Source: a virus
Strand: one strand, 5' to 3'
DNA: 64,000 bases
IMG/VR virus record: IMGVR_UViG_3300034072_000375
Coordinates: 10,819-74,818 of that record
Positions 1 to 8,867 of the stretch are shown one piece after another. Position 1 is the stretch's first letter. Each line of letters begins with the position of its first letter. A model generated the notes under the pieces. It saw only the letters and a program-made list of their open reading frames with translations. It was not told the origin of the DNA and searched no databases. The position numbers and the translations under genes are program-made.

Positions 1-298
1 TTCTAGCAATCATCAAGTCATCCTCAAGAGATTGAAGTTCTTCCATGAGTTCACAGACCTTATCATCATAAGCACTCTCAACAACCCGCAGGTACTTCCA
101 AGGGATGCACCAATAACGTCCTTGGAAAGTCTCCATAAGTTGTCCATCGGTACTTCGCTTATCCGCAGGGAATTCTACTACACAGGACATGAAACTCAAG
201 GACTCCCGGACAATACCTTTAGAGTACACAAGACCAGAGAAGGGGCAACCGGGGAGAACCTCAATAACATCGTTAATTTTCACTGGGAGGTTTTTCAT
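1..298 (-). CDS. hypothetical protein (partial, runs off window start)
   Basis: ATG at 298 with AAGGAG RBS; frame MKNLPVKINDVIEVLPG... is open to position 1; overlaps the upstream stop (ATGA). Confidence 0.7.
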   Translation of the reverse strand, partial: MKNLPVKINDVIEVLPGCPFSGLVYSKGIVRESLSFMSCVVEFPADKRSTDGQLMETFQGRYWCIPWKYLRVVESAYDDKVCELMEELQSLEDDLMIAR

Positions 299-498
299 GT
301 TTCTCCTTCATAGCGACCAGCACGAAAAATCTCTGTTTTTCCTCTGGGGGTTATTTCTAACTGCACTTTTACATCGCAGGTTTTCATATTGCAAAGCATT
401 CCATCCACATGCGCGCAACCTACTGTCTTATAGACATTGCAGTGCAGAACAGGGTCATCTTTTGACCAAGGAAATAACATCTGAATCAAATTATTCAT
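295..498 (-). CDS. small Cys-rich hypothetical protein
   Basis: Likely start MNNLIQ at 498, coupled to the upstream gene; CNVY..GCAHVDGMLCNMKTC. Confidence 0.55.
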   Translation of the reverse strand: MNNLIQMLFPWSKDDPVLHCNVYKTVGCAHVDGMLCNMKTCDVKVQLEITPRGKTEIFRAGRYEGET

Positions 499-682
499 AC
501 CAGCCTCTTTTCTTTTCGCGTTCTTTACTCCAATCCTTTTTTCGTTTCTTATCTTTGCTTTTTTCTTTCCAAGGCTCCTTGTCTTTACCAGAACCCTTAA
601 GCCCACGGAGATGAATCTCCTTTGTGCTGACCAAAGAACGAGTAGGGACAAAGCCAGAGAGGGTTTCGTTAAGTGTATTCAT
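491..682 (-). CDS. small basic hypothetical protein
   Basis: ORF tightly packed in the leftward early operon. Confidence 0.55.
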   Translation of the reverse strand: MNTLNETLSGFVPTRSLVSTKEIHLRGLKGSGKDKEPWKEKSKDKKRKKDWSKEREKKRGWYE

Positions 683-981
683 TTCGCAGTAATGTTATAA
701 ACCTTAGACTCTCCACCAATTTCTACGAAAGCAACTTCCGTAGGGCTTGGAACTACAGGGAAATACTCCTTGTTCACAGCGTCTACAAGGGTAGTAGCCT
801 TCTCAAAGTCCAAATCAGAAGCTGCACAGAAAAGAAGTTCGTCCTCTTTATCTACAGCATAGCAGTTAAATTTGAACTTGTCTGTAGGGCTTCGCTGGAT
901 GACGTAACCGGCGATTTGTTCTGGGACTACTTGGATAGTCTCGTTGTTCATGGCGTTAAATTCTCCGAATTTTACTTGCAT
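679..981 (-). CDS. hypothetical protein
   Basis: AAGGA RBS, operon packing. Confidence 0.65.
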   Translation of the reverse strand: MQVKFGEFNAMNNETIQVVPEQIAGYVIQRSPTDKFKFNCYAVDKEDELLFCAASDLDFEKATTLVDAVNKEYFPVVPSPTEVAFVEIGGESKVYNITAK

Positions 982-983
982 GT

Positions 984-1196
984 TTATTCCTTTACTTCAG
1001 TTACTGTAACAACCCACTTTTGATTCCCACCTTCAATATCAAAAGAACCTCCGTGGTATTCTGCTTTGTCAATCACAGCTTTCAATACATCGCTAGTTAC
1101 GTCTTTCTTTTGTCCAACAAAGTGCAAACCTTTACTATCAACCTTACCTTCAAATATACGTCCCGTTAAAGCTGATGTTGCGATACGTGTAGCCAT
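984..1196 (-). CDS. conserved small phage protein
   Basis: AGGAG RBS; SALTGRIF..G...KKDVT pattern common in phage early proteins. Confidence 0.7.
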   Translation of the reverse strand: MATRIATSALTGRIFEGKVDSKGLHFVGQKKDVTSDVLKAVIDKAEYHGGSFDIEGGNQKWVVTVTEVKE

Positions 1197-1417
1197 TTAT
1201 TCTCCTTTAATTTTACCAATATACTTCGCTGCAAGCAGCTCATTACCAAAACTTACTAACTCGTTGCTCTTCATCTGAGTCTAGATCATACAGTACTTCA
1301 CTCAAAACTTCACGGAAATCTTCCTCGTTGTTGTAATAAAACCTATCTTGCTCAAAGTCCTGCTGAGTTGGGGTTGCTGGGTGGCGATTTTGTTTTTGTT
1401 TTGGCAAATTTTACTCC

Positions 1418-2440
1418 TTATCTTGCATTAGTCCCAATAGTCTTCGTAATGCAACCCAATCCGTTGCAGTGCTGGCATTCTACTACAGGTTTGTTAATCT
1501 CTAGCATCAAATCCTTCAAATATTGCTGCATGTACTCATAAAGTTCCTTCAGGCTGTTAGCTTCCCAAGGTTCAATGCAAGTATAACCTGTGTACCCACC
1601 TCCGTGGTGAGCGCCCTTCCAAGTCATCTCAAAGATTTTCTGCTGTTTTGTCGTCTTGGTTGCTGTAGTGAATCGTGGAGGTTTGTAGCTACGCATACCC
1701 GAAGTAAGTTTTTCAGTCTTTACTTCGTAGGGCTTAGTCTCAATGACTTTTTCTACTACAAAGCAAAAATCATAATTACTTGTTACACGAGCTGCCTTAC
1801 CATCAATGTTATTCAGGATGTGAGCACGGACAATCTTGTAGACTTGTTCGCTTGTCAAAGAGCAAGGACGAGTGTGCAAGAGGAAATCGGGAGTCAGCAT
1901 TCGCTCAATATCAGCAAAGACGGCAACCTTGCTCAAGTCCTGTACTTGAAGTTTACCACCGTAATTACCATCTTGAACCTGAATCTTCATTTCTGAAGGA
2001 GCTTCGTAGTTTTCGATGTGCAAGTCACGGAGTTTAACAAGTTCTACTTCCACAGGAACAATCTCTGCAGGAAGTTCGGTGCAATCCGCTTGATAGAGGC
2101 TAGCGAGACTTGCATAGGCACCATGATAAGTATATTCATCCTCATCGGAATCCCAGACTTGCTTTAATTGCCCCATGTTGAGAGCCAAAGGAATCTTATC
2201 TGAAGCAAGTTCAGGATTGATCAGCTTCCAGCCAACCTGCTCCTTCTTCGGAGGGTTGCGCTTCTTGAAGTCCTTGAGTTCACCTTCAAAATGATACCAC
2301 CCGTTGTTAGGTACAAGCGGAGTAACGTCCTTACCGTTGATTTCAACAATACCAAAATGTCCTGACAAATCGTAGTGCGAATAATATCCGTCAATCTTGA
2401 AAAATACTCCAATGTTTGTTGAGTAATATTGGATTTTCAT
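1418..2440 (-). CDS. hypothetical protein with C-terminal CxxCxGxG zinc finger
   Basis: 340 aa ORF, GGAGG RBS, C-terminal CQHCNGLG. Confidence 0.8.
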   Translation of the reverse strand: MKIQYYSTNIGVFFKIDGYYSHYDLSGHFGIVEINGKDVTPLVPNNGWYHFEGELKDFKKRNPPKKEQVGWKLINPELASDKIPLALNMGQLKQVWDSDEDEYTYHGAYASLASLYQADCTELPAEIVPVEVELVKLRDLHIENYEAPSEMKIQVQDGNYGGKLQVQDLSKVAVFADIERMLTPDFLLHTRPCSLTSEQVYKIVRAHILNNIDGKAARVTSNYDFCFVVEKVIETKPYEVKTEKLTSGMRSYKPPRFTTATKTTKQQKIFEMTWKGAHHGGGYTGYTCIEPWEANSLKELYEYMQQYLKDLMLEINKPVVECQHCNGLGCITKTIGTNAR

Positions 2441-2780
2441 TTAACCTCCGTAAGTTTTAAAAGCACTAGGTACAGCCCAAATGGTACAGGCCAGTACAGC
2501 CACAAAATACCGCCAAGGTTCGATAGGTTCCTTAGTATACATCTGACCTACAGCCAAAGTCAACCAGACAGTATGGGTAAACAGAACAATCCAAAACATA
2601 ATTACTCCTTATTCAAATATTACGATACGAAACACCCCTGATGAAATCAGGACTCTTTTTCATCTGGCTCAAGTGCCATTCCAGATGCTCCTTTGGTGTA
2701 TCAAAAGAGCGATCAACAAAGCCTTTAGAGGTCTTCTCTTGGAAGGAGATTTTAATGCTCTTGACTAGGGTTTTCTTCAT

Positions 2781-2966
2781 TTAAAGGGCTTTCTCAAGTT
2801 CGATAACGAGTTTTTCTTGTTCAGTATTCAATTCGCTGTACCGGGTGTACTCATAGGAGTTTTCCCACGAAGTCGTCGTAGGGCGATTGTACCAGCTACT
2901 GTACTCATTGTCACGTAGTTGTTCGTACAAATCTTCAATCTTTGCGATAATTTCTGTTTTAGTCAT
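2781..2966 (-). CDS. hypothetical protein
   Basis: AAGGAG RBS, overlaps upstream stop. Confidence 0.6.
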   Translation of the reverse strand: MTKTEIIAKIEDLYEQLRDNEYSSWYNRPTTTSWENSYEYTRYSELNTEQEKLVIELEKAL

Positions 2967-3160
2967 AGTATCTCCTTCTTGTTAGTCGAGTCCTTAGCAT
3001 TATACACACGCATCTTACCGGACTTCGTAATATAAATCTCGATAGAGTCTTTAGGTGTTGTCACGCCAAGATAAATCCAACCTTTCTTCTCATCAGAAGC
3101 TAGGCATTCAATCTTAGCACAGTTCCAGTCAAAGCCGTGAGGCGTTCGTTGTATTTGCAT
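2963..3160 (-). CDS. hypothetical protein
   Basis: AAGGAG RBS. Confidence 0.65.
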   Translation of the reverse strand: MQIQRTPHGFDWNCAKIECLASDEKKGWIYLGVTTPKDSIEIYITKSGKMRVYNAKDSTNKKEIL

Positions 3161-3169
3161 AATTTCTCC

Positions 3170-3282
3170 TTAAATCGTTTTAAACGCTTTTTAAGCCCTT
3201 CTAGCACCTTCAGGCTACCTACCCCTTAGTCAATGCTTTAAGGGGCTTCTAGGTGCCTTTAAAGCGATTCTAGAGGCATTCT
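3170..3282. repeat. phased intergenic element, copy 1 (core TCAGGCTACCTACCCCTTA at 3210-3228)
   Basis: TAA/TAG steps about every 10-11 bp on both sides of the core; core is the exact reverse complement of 9264-9282. Confidence 0.7.
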
Positions 3283-3561
3283 CTATTCCTTAACCTCTTT
3301 GATTCTATTATGAATCGCTTTAACAGCCTCTGTCAAGTACTTTTCTCGTTCTTCGTCGTTGTCGAACATGCCCTTCCATGCGTCATCCTCAAAACGATGA
3401 TAGAACACAAGTTCTCCACCTGTATCGGGATAGTACACTCGGAAGTTCCCTCCACGAAGACGGATATATCCAGATTGCTTTCCTTCTACATCAAGAACAT
3501 CGTATTGCTCAGGGCAGCATTGACAGGTGAGGACTAGGTTATAGTCTAGGATTTGCATCAC
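3283..3561 (-). CDS. hypothetical protein
   Basis: CCPEQYDV..GYIRLRGG pattern seen in phage small proteins; operon packing. Confidence 0.7.
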   Translation of the reverse strand: MMQILDYNLVLTCQCCPEQYDVLDVEGKQSGYIRLRGGNFRVYYPDTGGELVFYHRFEDDAWKGMFDNDEEREKYLTEAVKAIHNRIKEVKE

Positions 3562-3890
3562 AGACTCTCCACCAAAGCCTTCAGCACCTTGTCATCAGGG
3601 TATTGCTGCTGGATGTACAGAAGGAGAAGAGGTTTGTTTGTAGAGGCTTCGTAGGTCTTTGGGGTTTCTACTGGAACAAGGTGTTCAAGAGGTATTGCAA
3701 TTCGTTGTTCAGGGCTATAACGAATACTTTCTCCAATCGGCCCAGATACATACCCAAACCAAGGCGCGTCAGATGTGTCATCTTCTATAAACTCCACAAT
3801 CATTCCGTTTTTGTAGTAAAAAGAATTCTCGTCGTTGATTACACGATACAGTTTACCAACCTCAAATCCCATGTCAGTTGCGATAGTCAT
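3558..3890 (-). CDS. hypothetical protein
   Basis: GGAGG RBS. Confidence 0.7.
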   Translation of the reverse strand: MTIATDMGFEVGKLYRVINDENSFYYKNGMIVEFIEDDTSDAPWFGYVSGPIGESIRYSPEQRIAIPLEHLVPVETPKTYEASTNKPLLLLYIQQQYPDDKVLKALVESL

Positions 3891-4139
3891 TTAAAAGCCT
3901 CCAGTTTTAAAAGTTGTCATTTTAGTTTCCTTTCATTATCGTTTGTAGCTTTGCTACTCACTTTCAATTAAATTTAGAAGCCTCAAGCATACAACTCTTC
4001 AATCATCCTTGCAATCTCTTTCTCAGCCTGTTGCTTATACATCCCTTGAGAGATTTGCTTGTCTCCAAAGAAGATGTAGTACATGCAGCGGTGTTTGCGG
4101 AGTTGGTACATGGGTTAGTCCTTTAGTTAAAGTATTGTG

Positions 4140-4167
4140 ATACTAGCATTAAAATCTACTTTGTCAA
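4140..4167 (-). promoter_or_regulatory. sigma70-type leftward early promoter
   Basis: TTGACA-16-TAGTAT with TG extension. Confidence 0.55.
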
Positions 4168-4398
4168 GCACTTGTTTGAAATCTGCACTACTTATCAACT
4201 TATGTAGTGAATTTGCAACAATTGTTAAAGCACAATCTTCTTCTCAAGTACGCTCTTGTCAGTGTCCTTCCATTTGATTGACATAGGCACAGGACAATCA
4301 ATCTTGAATCTCTCCCTGAACTTGTCTGCCATTGTCAAGACTAGGAGTTCTAGGTGCTCTTTCGCTACAACGAAGCTATCATGCACACAGAGGATAGT

Positions 4399-5301
4399 CT
4401 ACCCCCAAGTTGTTAGCACTGTCAACAACTCTTTCATAACGTCTTTTCTGACTTTTAAATTATTCTTAGGGAGGACTTTCTTTTTAATACTTACTTTTCG
4501 TCTAGGTCGGGATGCTACAGCTTTCACCTCGTTTTTGGCTTTCTGCCAGTAGTTCTTTACTTTCAGCATGAAGTTTTCATCAGAGATAAGGTGCGAATAT
4601 ACACTCTTAAATTCTTCTGTAGGAAGAATCGTACTCGATTGACGAAATTTCTTTTCTTTTGAGCCTTTGCCAATAAAATTAATAAGAAGGTCCGCCTCTT
4701 CCAGCACATCAATTGCAGCATTAATTCTCAAGACGTTTGTATTTCTTCTGAGGTTTAGATGAGCACCTTTGGCCCGCGAGTAAGCAATGCACGCATCCTC
4801 TGTCAATGAGAACAGTAAGTTAGTAACGATAACACCCAACTCTAGACTATACTTAGGCCCAAATCTTCGCATACTGTTCCTCACTTCTTGCGGTATTTTA
4901 ATGTCATAAGATAGGTATCTCTGTACGCTTGCTATGGGTTTGTGCTCATTACTTGTTTCAGGTTTATTTTTATCTTTACAATCGCAAGAGTATTCTATAT
5001 TAGTTTCAGGTGGCTCAAACTCCCTCCAATCAGTAGTATTCCAGTTTCCTTTCCCATGATTGCACACGTTACACAAGACTTGTAGATTAGAAAGTTCAAG
5101 TGCGAGAGACGTATCAACTTTTCTAGGAATAATATGATCAACATGTATCTTAACATCGTTGCTAGGGAGAGGAACAGCACCACAGCACTGACAACGTTTA
5201 CCATATTTCAAGATAGCTTCCATTCTTACTTTTCTCCATTCAAACGTATCAAGAAAAGCATCTGATTTGATGTACGCATCGGTATACTTCATTTTAGTCA
5301 T
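4399..5301 (-). CDS. HNH endonuclease (McrA/gp74-like N-terminus) fused to an uncharacterised, possibly winged-helix C-terminal domain
   Basis: W...R..ILKYGKRCQCCG...HVDHIIP...NLQVLCNVCNHGK; start may be the second ATG (MKYTD) after AAGGA. Confidence 0.85.
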   Translation of the reverse strand: MTKMKYTDAYIKSDAFLDTFEWRKVRMEAILKYGKRCQCCGAVPLPSNDVKIHVDHIIPRKVDTSLALELSNLQVLCNVCNHGKGNWNTTDWREFEPPETNIEYSCDCKDKNKPETSNEHKPIASVQRYLSYDIKIPQEVRNSMRRFGPKYSLELGVIVTNLLFSLTEDACIAYSRAKGAHLNLRRNTNVLRINAAIDVLEEADLLINFIGKGSKEKKFRQSSTILPTEEFKSVYSHLISDENFMLKVKNYWQKAKNEVKAVASRPRRKVSIKKKVLPKNNLKVRKDVMKELLTVLTTWG

Positions 5302-5334
5302 CCTTATTTTAATTATTTTGAAAGACGATTAGAC

Positions 5335-5372
5335 AAAAGAAAACCCCTACAAGCCGTTAAGCTCATAGGGGT
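5335..5372 (-). terminator. Rho-independent terminator (minus strand)
   Basis: ACCCCTA...TAGGGGT stem followed by TTTTCTTTTGTCTAATC; the same tail occurs at the terminator near 36941. Confidence 0.75.
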
Positions 5373-5901
5373 AGTGCAATGGTCTAATTGTAGTGTATTC
5401 TAAGTTATACTCTTAGTTATACTTTAGTATGTTATTAACTTTATGCTCTTTGATTGAAAGCAGGCAAGGTTGAGCAACTTTAGAGGTGAAAAGAAAGTAC
5501 ACGGTGTACCCTTTCACTTCAGGTTGCTACAGCCCTAACTTGCTTTCATTCTGTCATGCTCCACGACTCGAAGGGCAGGTTATCTCGCAGTTATAACTAA
5601 AGAATCAGGGAGACAAGTCTCATGCCGTTTCTAAAGCTGTATACTTCCGTCTGCGAAATCTAGAGAGTGCTGTTGATCACTGCTTCTCTTGGTCTAGATG
5701 TATGGTTACGGTCGGGTCATTACGAGTTGCGCAACGCCTGCTAAGTTCGCTAACCTATCAAAGCTGGTTAGCTCCTACCCTGTGTATCACATTGGGTGTC
5801 GTGGGAGAGAAGACTTGGTGAATCTCATGTGTGATAGCAACTCCATGCTACCCTACCCGCAGGTTCCGAATTTGGCTATGTTGCTATTTCTAGCACATGA
5901 T
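5335..5901 (-). ncRNA. candidate large structured non-coding RNA (~565 nt)
   Basis: Bounded by a strong promoter and a terminator; no minus-strand ORF >=60 aa; many nested and long-range helices (see findings). Confidence 0.6.
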
Positions 5902-5905
5902 TGTA

Positions 5906-5934
5906 ATTTTACCACAGTCTTTCTGGAATTGCAA
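5906..5934 (-). promoter_or_regulatory. sigma70 promoter driving the candidate ncRNA
   Basis: TTGCAA-17-TAAAAT with TGTG extended -10. Confidence 0.75.
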
Positions 5935-5985
5935 GCGAAATCTTCAGAGATTGAACTGTGCCAAACAAACAACACAAATCCTTTG

Positions 5986-6015
5986 TTGACTTCTTTCACA
6001 AGTTCATGCTACACT
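5986..6015 (+). promoter_or_regulatory. rightward early promoter
   Basis: TTGACT-18-TACACT with TG extension, upstream of RBS and ORF 6044. Confidence 0.6.
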
Positions 6016-6043
6016 AAGTTTTTCAACACACAAGGAGTGAAAC

Positions 6044-6247
6044 ATGACTGACAAAGAATACGTGATCTACGCCTGCAAGACGTTCAAGTTTACCCTCCTC
6101 AAGCCAACCAAAGAATGCAAGGACATTCTCGTTATGCAGGACATTAAAGGTTTCATGAAGTGCATTGCTGAAGGTACAACATGGAAGAACATTCGTACTC
6201 AACTGAAGGATTGGCAAGAGGCGCGTTTTCCTGAAAGGGCTTTCTGA
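6044..6247 (+). CDS. hypothetical protein
   Basis: AAGGAG RBS after promoter. Confidence 0.7.
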   Translation: MTDKEYVIYACKTFKFTLLKPTKECKDILVMQDIKGFMKCIAEGTTWKNIRTQLKDWQEARFPERAF

Positions 6248-6434
6248 TGAAAAAGTACTTTATGCGTGTTGGCTTAAAGCAACAAGACGATTCAAAAACA
6301 ACTTGGGTTATTTACTCACCGAATAGGCACATCTTTTGCACAGTAGTCGGCAGGCAAAAGGCTACAAAACTCAGGAACTATTTAAACGAAGAGTTTCTTG
6401 ACGCTTGCCTGTAGCGCAGTTTCTGCGAAACCCC

Positions 6435-6463
6435 TTGACGCCCTCCTGAACTTCGTGCATAAT
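6435..6463 (+). promoter_or_regulatory. rightward early promoter
   Basis: TTGACG-17-CATAAT. Confidence 0.65.
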
Positions 6464-6498
6464 TCAACAAATCGCAACAAACAACTTAAAGGAATCAC

Positions 6499-6691
6499 TA
6501 TGAAGCTCTACGCAATCACTCGGATCACTGAAGACCACTACACATGGATGGATGTGTTTGGTGTCACACCTAATAAGAAAGTAGCAGACAAGAAAGTACA
6601 AGAGCTGCGTGAGGCTGGTCGTTACGGTGAATGGGTTGTCCAAGAATTTGAGAGTAGCGATGTGAAAAACATCACAGGGTTGGAACAATAA
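6499..6691 (+). CDS. hypothetical protein (MKLYAITR...)
   Basis: AAGGA RBS precedes an internal ATG (about 6500) of ORF 6398..6691. Confidence 0.6.
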
Positions 6692-6901
6692 ATGACCCTA
6701 TCCCAAGCCCTACCTAGTCGCATCACCCTTGCTGATGCTCTCGAATTCTCCCGTACTCTTGCAAAGCACAACCCCTTTGTTAGAATGCAACCAGAAGAGC
6801 AAGAACTAGCCAACCAAGCTGGGCCTTTGCTTAGTCGGATGGCTAACACGGAGGAGTTGGAATTTCTGATGAAGAATGAACGCTGGAATGCGTTGTTTTG
6901 A
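6692..6901 (+). CDS. hypothetical protein
   Basis: Operon packing. Confidence 0.6.
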   Translation: MTLSQALPSRITLADALEFSRTLAKHNPFVRMQPEEQELANQAGPLLSRMANTEELEFLMKNERWNALF

Positions 6902-6904
6902 AAG

Positions 6905-7360
6905 GTGAATATGAACAACTTTATTCAAAACGCTAGTAGATTTAATATCATCACTGGTCACCATGCAGACGCTGGTGAAAACTCCATGTTAATTCAAATT
7001 GTGGATTTCTTTGACACTTTCCCGACACCAAAGTACAAGTTCAAAGAAGTTCTGCAGTTTAAGTTCGATGATGTTCTGGACGGCCCTACAGCTTGTACGG
7101 ACTTACAAGCACAAGAGATTGCTAATGCACTGCAACGTGCAAAAGAGCAACACATGAATGTAATTGTGCATTGCTTTGCTGGTCTTTGTCGTAGTGGTGC
7201 TGTGGCAGAAGTAGGAATCATGCTAGGATTCAATCCTCCTGATTGCATTCGTCTTCCTAACTCTACAGTAAAGAATAAGATGCTGAAGGCTTTGGGTATG
7301 AAGATTGATGAAAGTACATCTGTGTTTGCACAGGAGTTTTATAATCGTGAGTTTGATTAA
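6905..7360 (+). CDS. protein-tyrosine/dual-specificity phosphatase-like protein
   Basis: VHCFAGLCRS = HCX5R P-loop; FDD general-acid loop. Confidence 0.85.
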   Translation: MNMNNFIQNASRFNIITGHHADAGENSMLIQIVDFFDTFPTPKYKFKEVLQFKFDDVLDGPTACTDLQAQEIANALQRAKEQHMNVIVHCFAGLCRSGAVAEVGIMLGFNPPDCIRLPNSTVKNKMLKALGMKIDESTSVFAQEFYNREFD

Positions 7361-7369
7361 GGAAAACAC

Positions 7370-7600
7370 ATGAACTACATTATCGTAAAGAACGCCTCAC
7401 AAGAAGTCTGGTATCTATATTTTGATAGCAACCCACAAGCAGGTGTTCACCAAAGCTACAGTGCGCATGACACCTTCACAGGTCAGCAATGCAATATTCG
7501 TAGCTCTTACGCAACAAAAGCATCTGCTGAGGAAGACCTGAAGAAAATGCTTGAAGCAAATCCTAGTGGGTGTTATGCTGTGTGTCCTGTGGCGGTTTAA
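7370..7600 (+). CDS. hypothetical protein
   Basis: AAGGA RBS. Confidence 0.65.
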   Translation: MNYIIVKNASQEVWYLYFDSNPQAGVHQSYSAHDTFTGQQCNIRSSYATKASAEEDLKKMLEANPSGCYAVCPVAV

Positions 7601-7616
7601 ATCTTAAAGGGGGTAT

Positions 7617-8834
7617 ATGAAGAAACCGATTAGCTTTACTTGGGAAGTACGATCTGCTGTCCCCATTATTACCTTGTGGAACTACAGGGGCGAAAAAATT
7701 CATTCTTTTGCTGTCAACAACCCTCCGAAAAGTGCAGCTAAGAATCTCCTCGGAAATAACAAACGCTATCTCAAAGAAGAAGCTAAGAAGTTTAATGAAC
7801 AACACGGTATCCGTGCTACTAATGTAGTGAGGGTTGCTCGTGGTATTGTTTATAACGAAGTCTACAAGCAGTTTCCCGAGTGGTACAGACTTTGTCGCAC
7901 AACGTCATGGACACCTATGGGGCAAAGGTTTGAGTACCTAGAAACTGAAGAGCTTCTACAGCAGTGTAGAAAGGACGGTATTGCTAATATTATTCCTATT
8001 GTTGCTTATTTCAAGAAATCCCCACAGGAACTAAAGAAAACTCTCGGGGAAACTACGTGGAAGAAGTTATGCAAGAACAGTTACAGCCGCAACCGATTAT
8101 TGTTCATGAAGAGTAATGCCCGATTGACGCCTGTAGATTGGAATGTTGTGCCCAGTACAATTCTAAAAAGTAGGACGCATTTCACGCCTGAAGTCTATTC
8201 ATGGCTTATTCGTACTCAAGATATTCCTTTGAAGAATTACTCCAAGGACTATAATATTCAAAGAGAAGCTAGTATCTATATTGATACCCAACGAATGTGC
8301 ATCGGTGCTGGAGAGACTTTCAACCCTAACTGGAGTAAACGCAGAATGAAGGAAGAGCATGACCGTCTTTCTCGGATGCAACAAGAGATTGCTAACCGCC
8401 GACAAGCAGAGCGCAATGCTGAATACGCTAAACTCTTGAAGGTTGACTTCAGGGAGTTACACAAAGGTTTAGAGGTTATGGAGTTCGATTCTGGTGTTGT
8501 AGCTGTTCCATTGGTGAACATGCAGCAAGTTCAAGAGGAAGGTTCCAAGATGCATCATTGCGTAGGTAGTTATGCTAGAATGTGTGCAAAGGGTGAATAT
8601 CTTGTATGGCACTTGACCAAAGGCAGTGTTGAGACTACACTTGGAATTGCAGTACAGTGCGAGAATTACGTCATTGCAATGAGTAAAGACAAGTACAACC
8701 TTCAACAGCACTATGGATTCTGTAATGCAGCAGTAGAGGATGAAGATTTGAAGGCTGCTGCTAAGAGTGTTGTTGAGATGCTTAACAAAAAGAACAAAGA
8801 AAAAGTTATTGACAGAGAGTTAGAATCTGCTTAA
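7617..8834 (+). CDS. PcfJ-domain protein
   Basis: C-terminal EEGSKMHHCVGSY...QHYGFCN, the PcfJ-like signature. Confidence 0.8.
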   Translation: MKKPISFTWEVRSAVPIITLWNYRGEKIHSFAVNNPPKSAAKNLLGNNKRYLKEEAKKFNEQHGIRATNVVRVARGIVYNEVYKQFPEWYRLCRTTSWTPMGQRFEYLETEELLQQCRKDGIANIIPIVAYFKKSPQELKKTLGETTWKKLCKNSYSRNRLLFMKSNARLTPVDWNVVPSTILKSRTHFTPEVYSWLIRTQDIPLKNYSKDYNIQREASIYIDTQRMCIGAGETFNPNWSKRRMKEEHDRLSRMQQEIANRRQAERNAEYAKLLKVDFRELHKGLEVMEFDSGVVAVPLVNMQQVQEEGSKMHHCVGSYARMCAKGEYLVWHLTKGSVETTLGIAVQCENYVIAMSKDKYNLQQHYGFCNAAVEDEDLKAAAKSVVEMLNKKNKEKVIDRELESA

Positions 8835-8837
8835 AGT
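8809..8837 (+). promoter_or_regulatory. sigma70 promoter
   Basis: TTGACA-17-TAAAGT. Confidence 0.55.
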
Positions 8838-8867
8838 TCAGTTGTTTAAATTTTAAAGGAGTAAATT

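Noticed and set aside
5335-5901. CRISPR or other guide array, tmRNA, RNase P or group II intron as identity of the non-coding unit
   Set aside because: No regularly spaced repeats, no tRNA-like ends or CCA, no RNase P P4 motif, no domain V; only irregular helices
5698-6051. 117-aa plus-strand ORF over the candidate ncRNA
   Set aside because: No RBS, runs through two promoters, no recognisable motifs; most likely a chance antisense ORF
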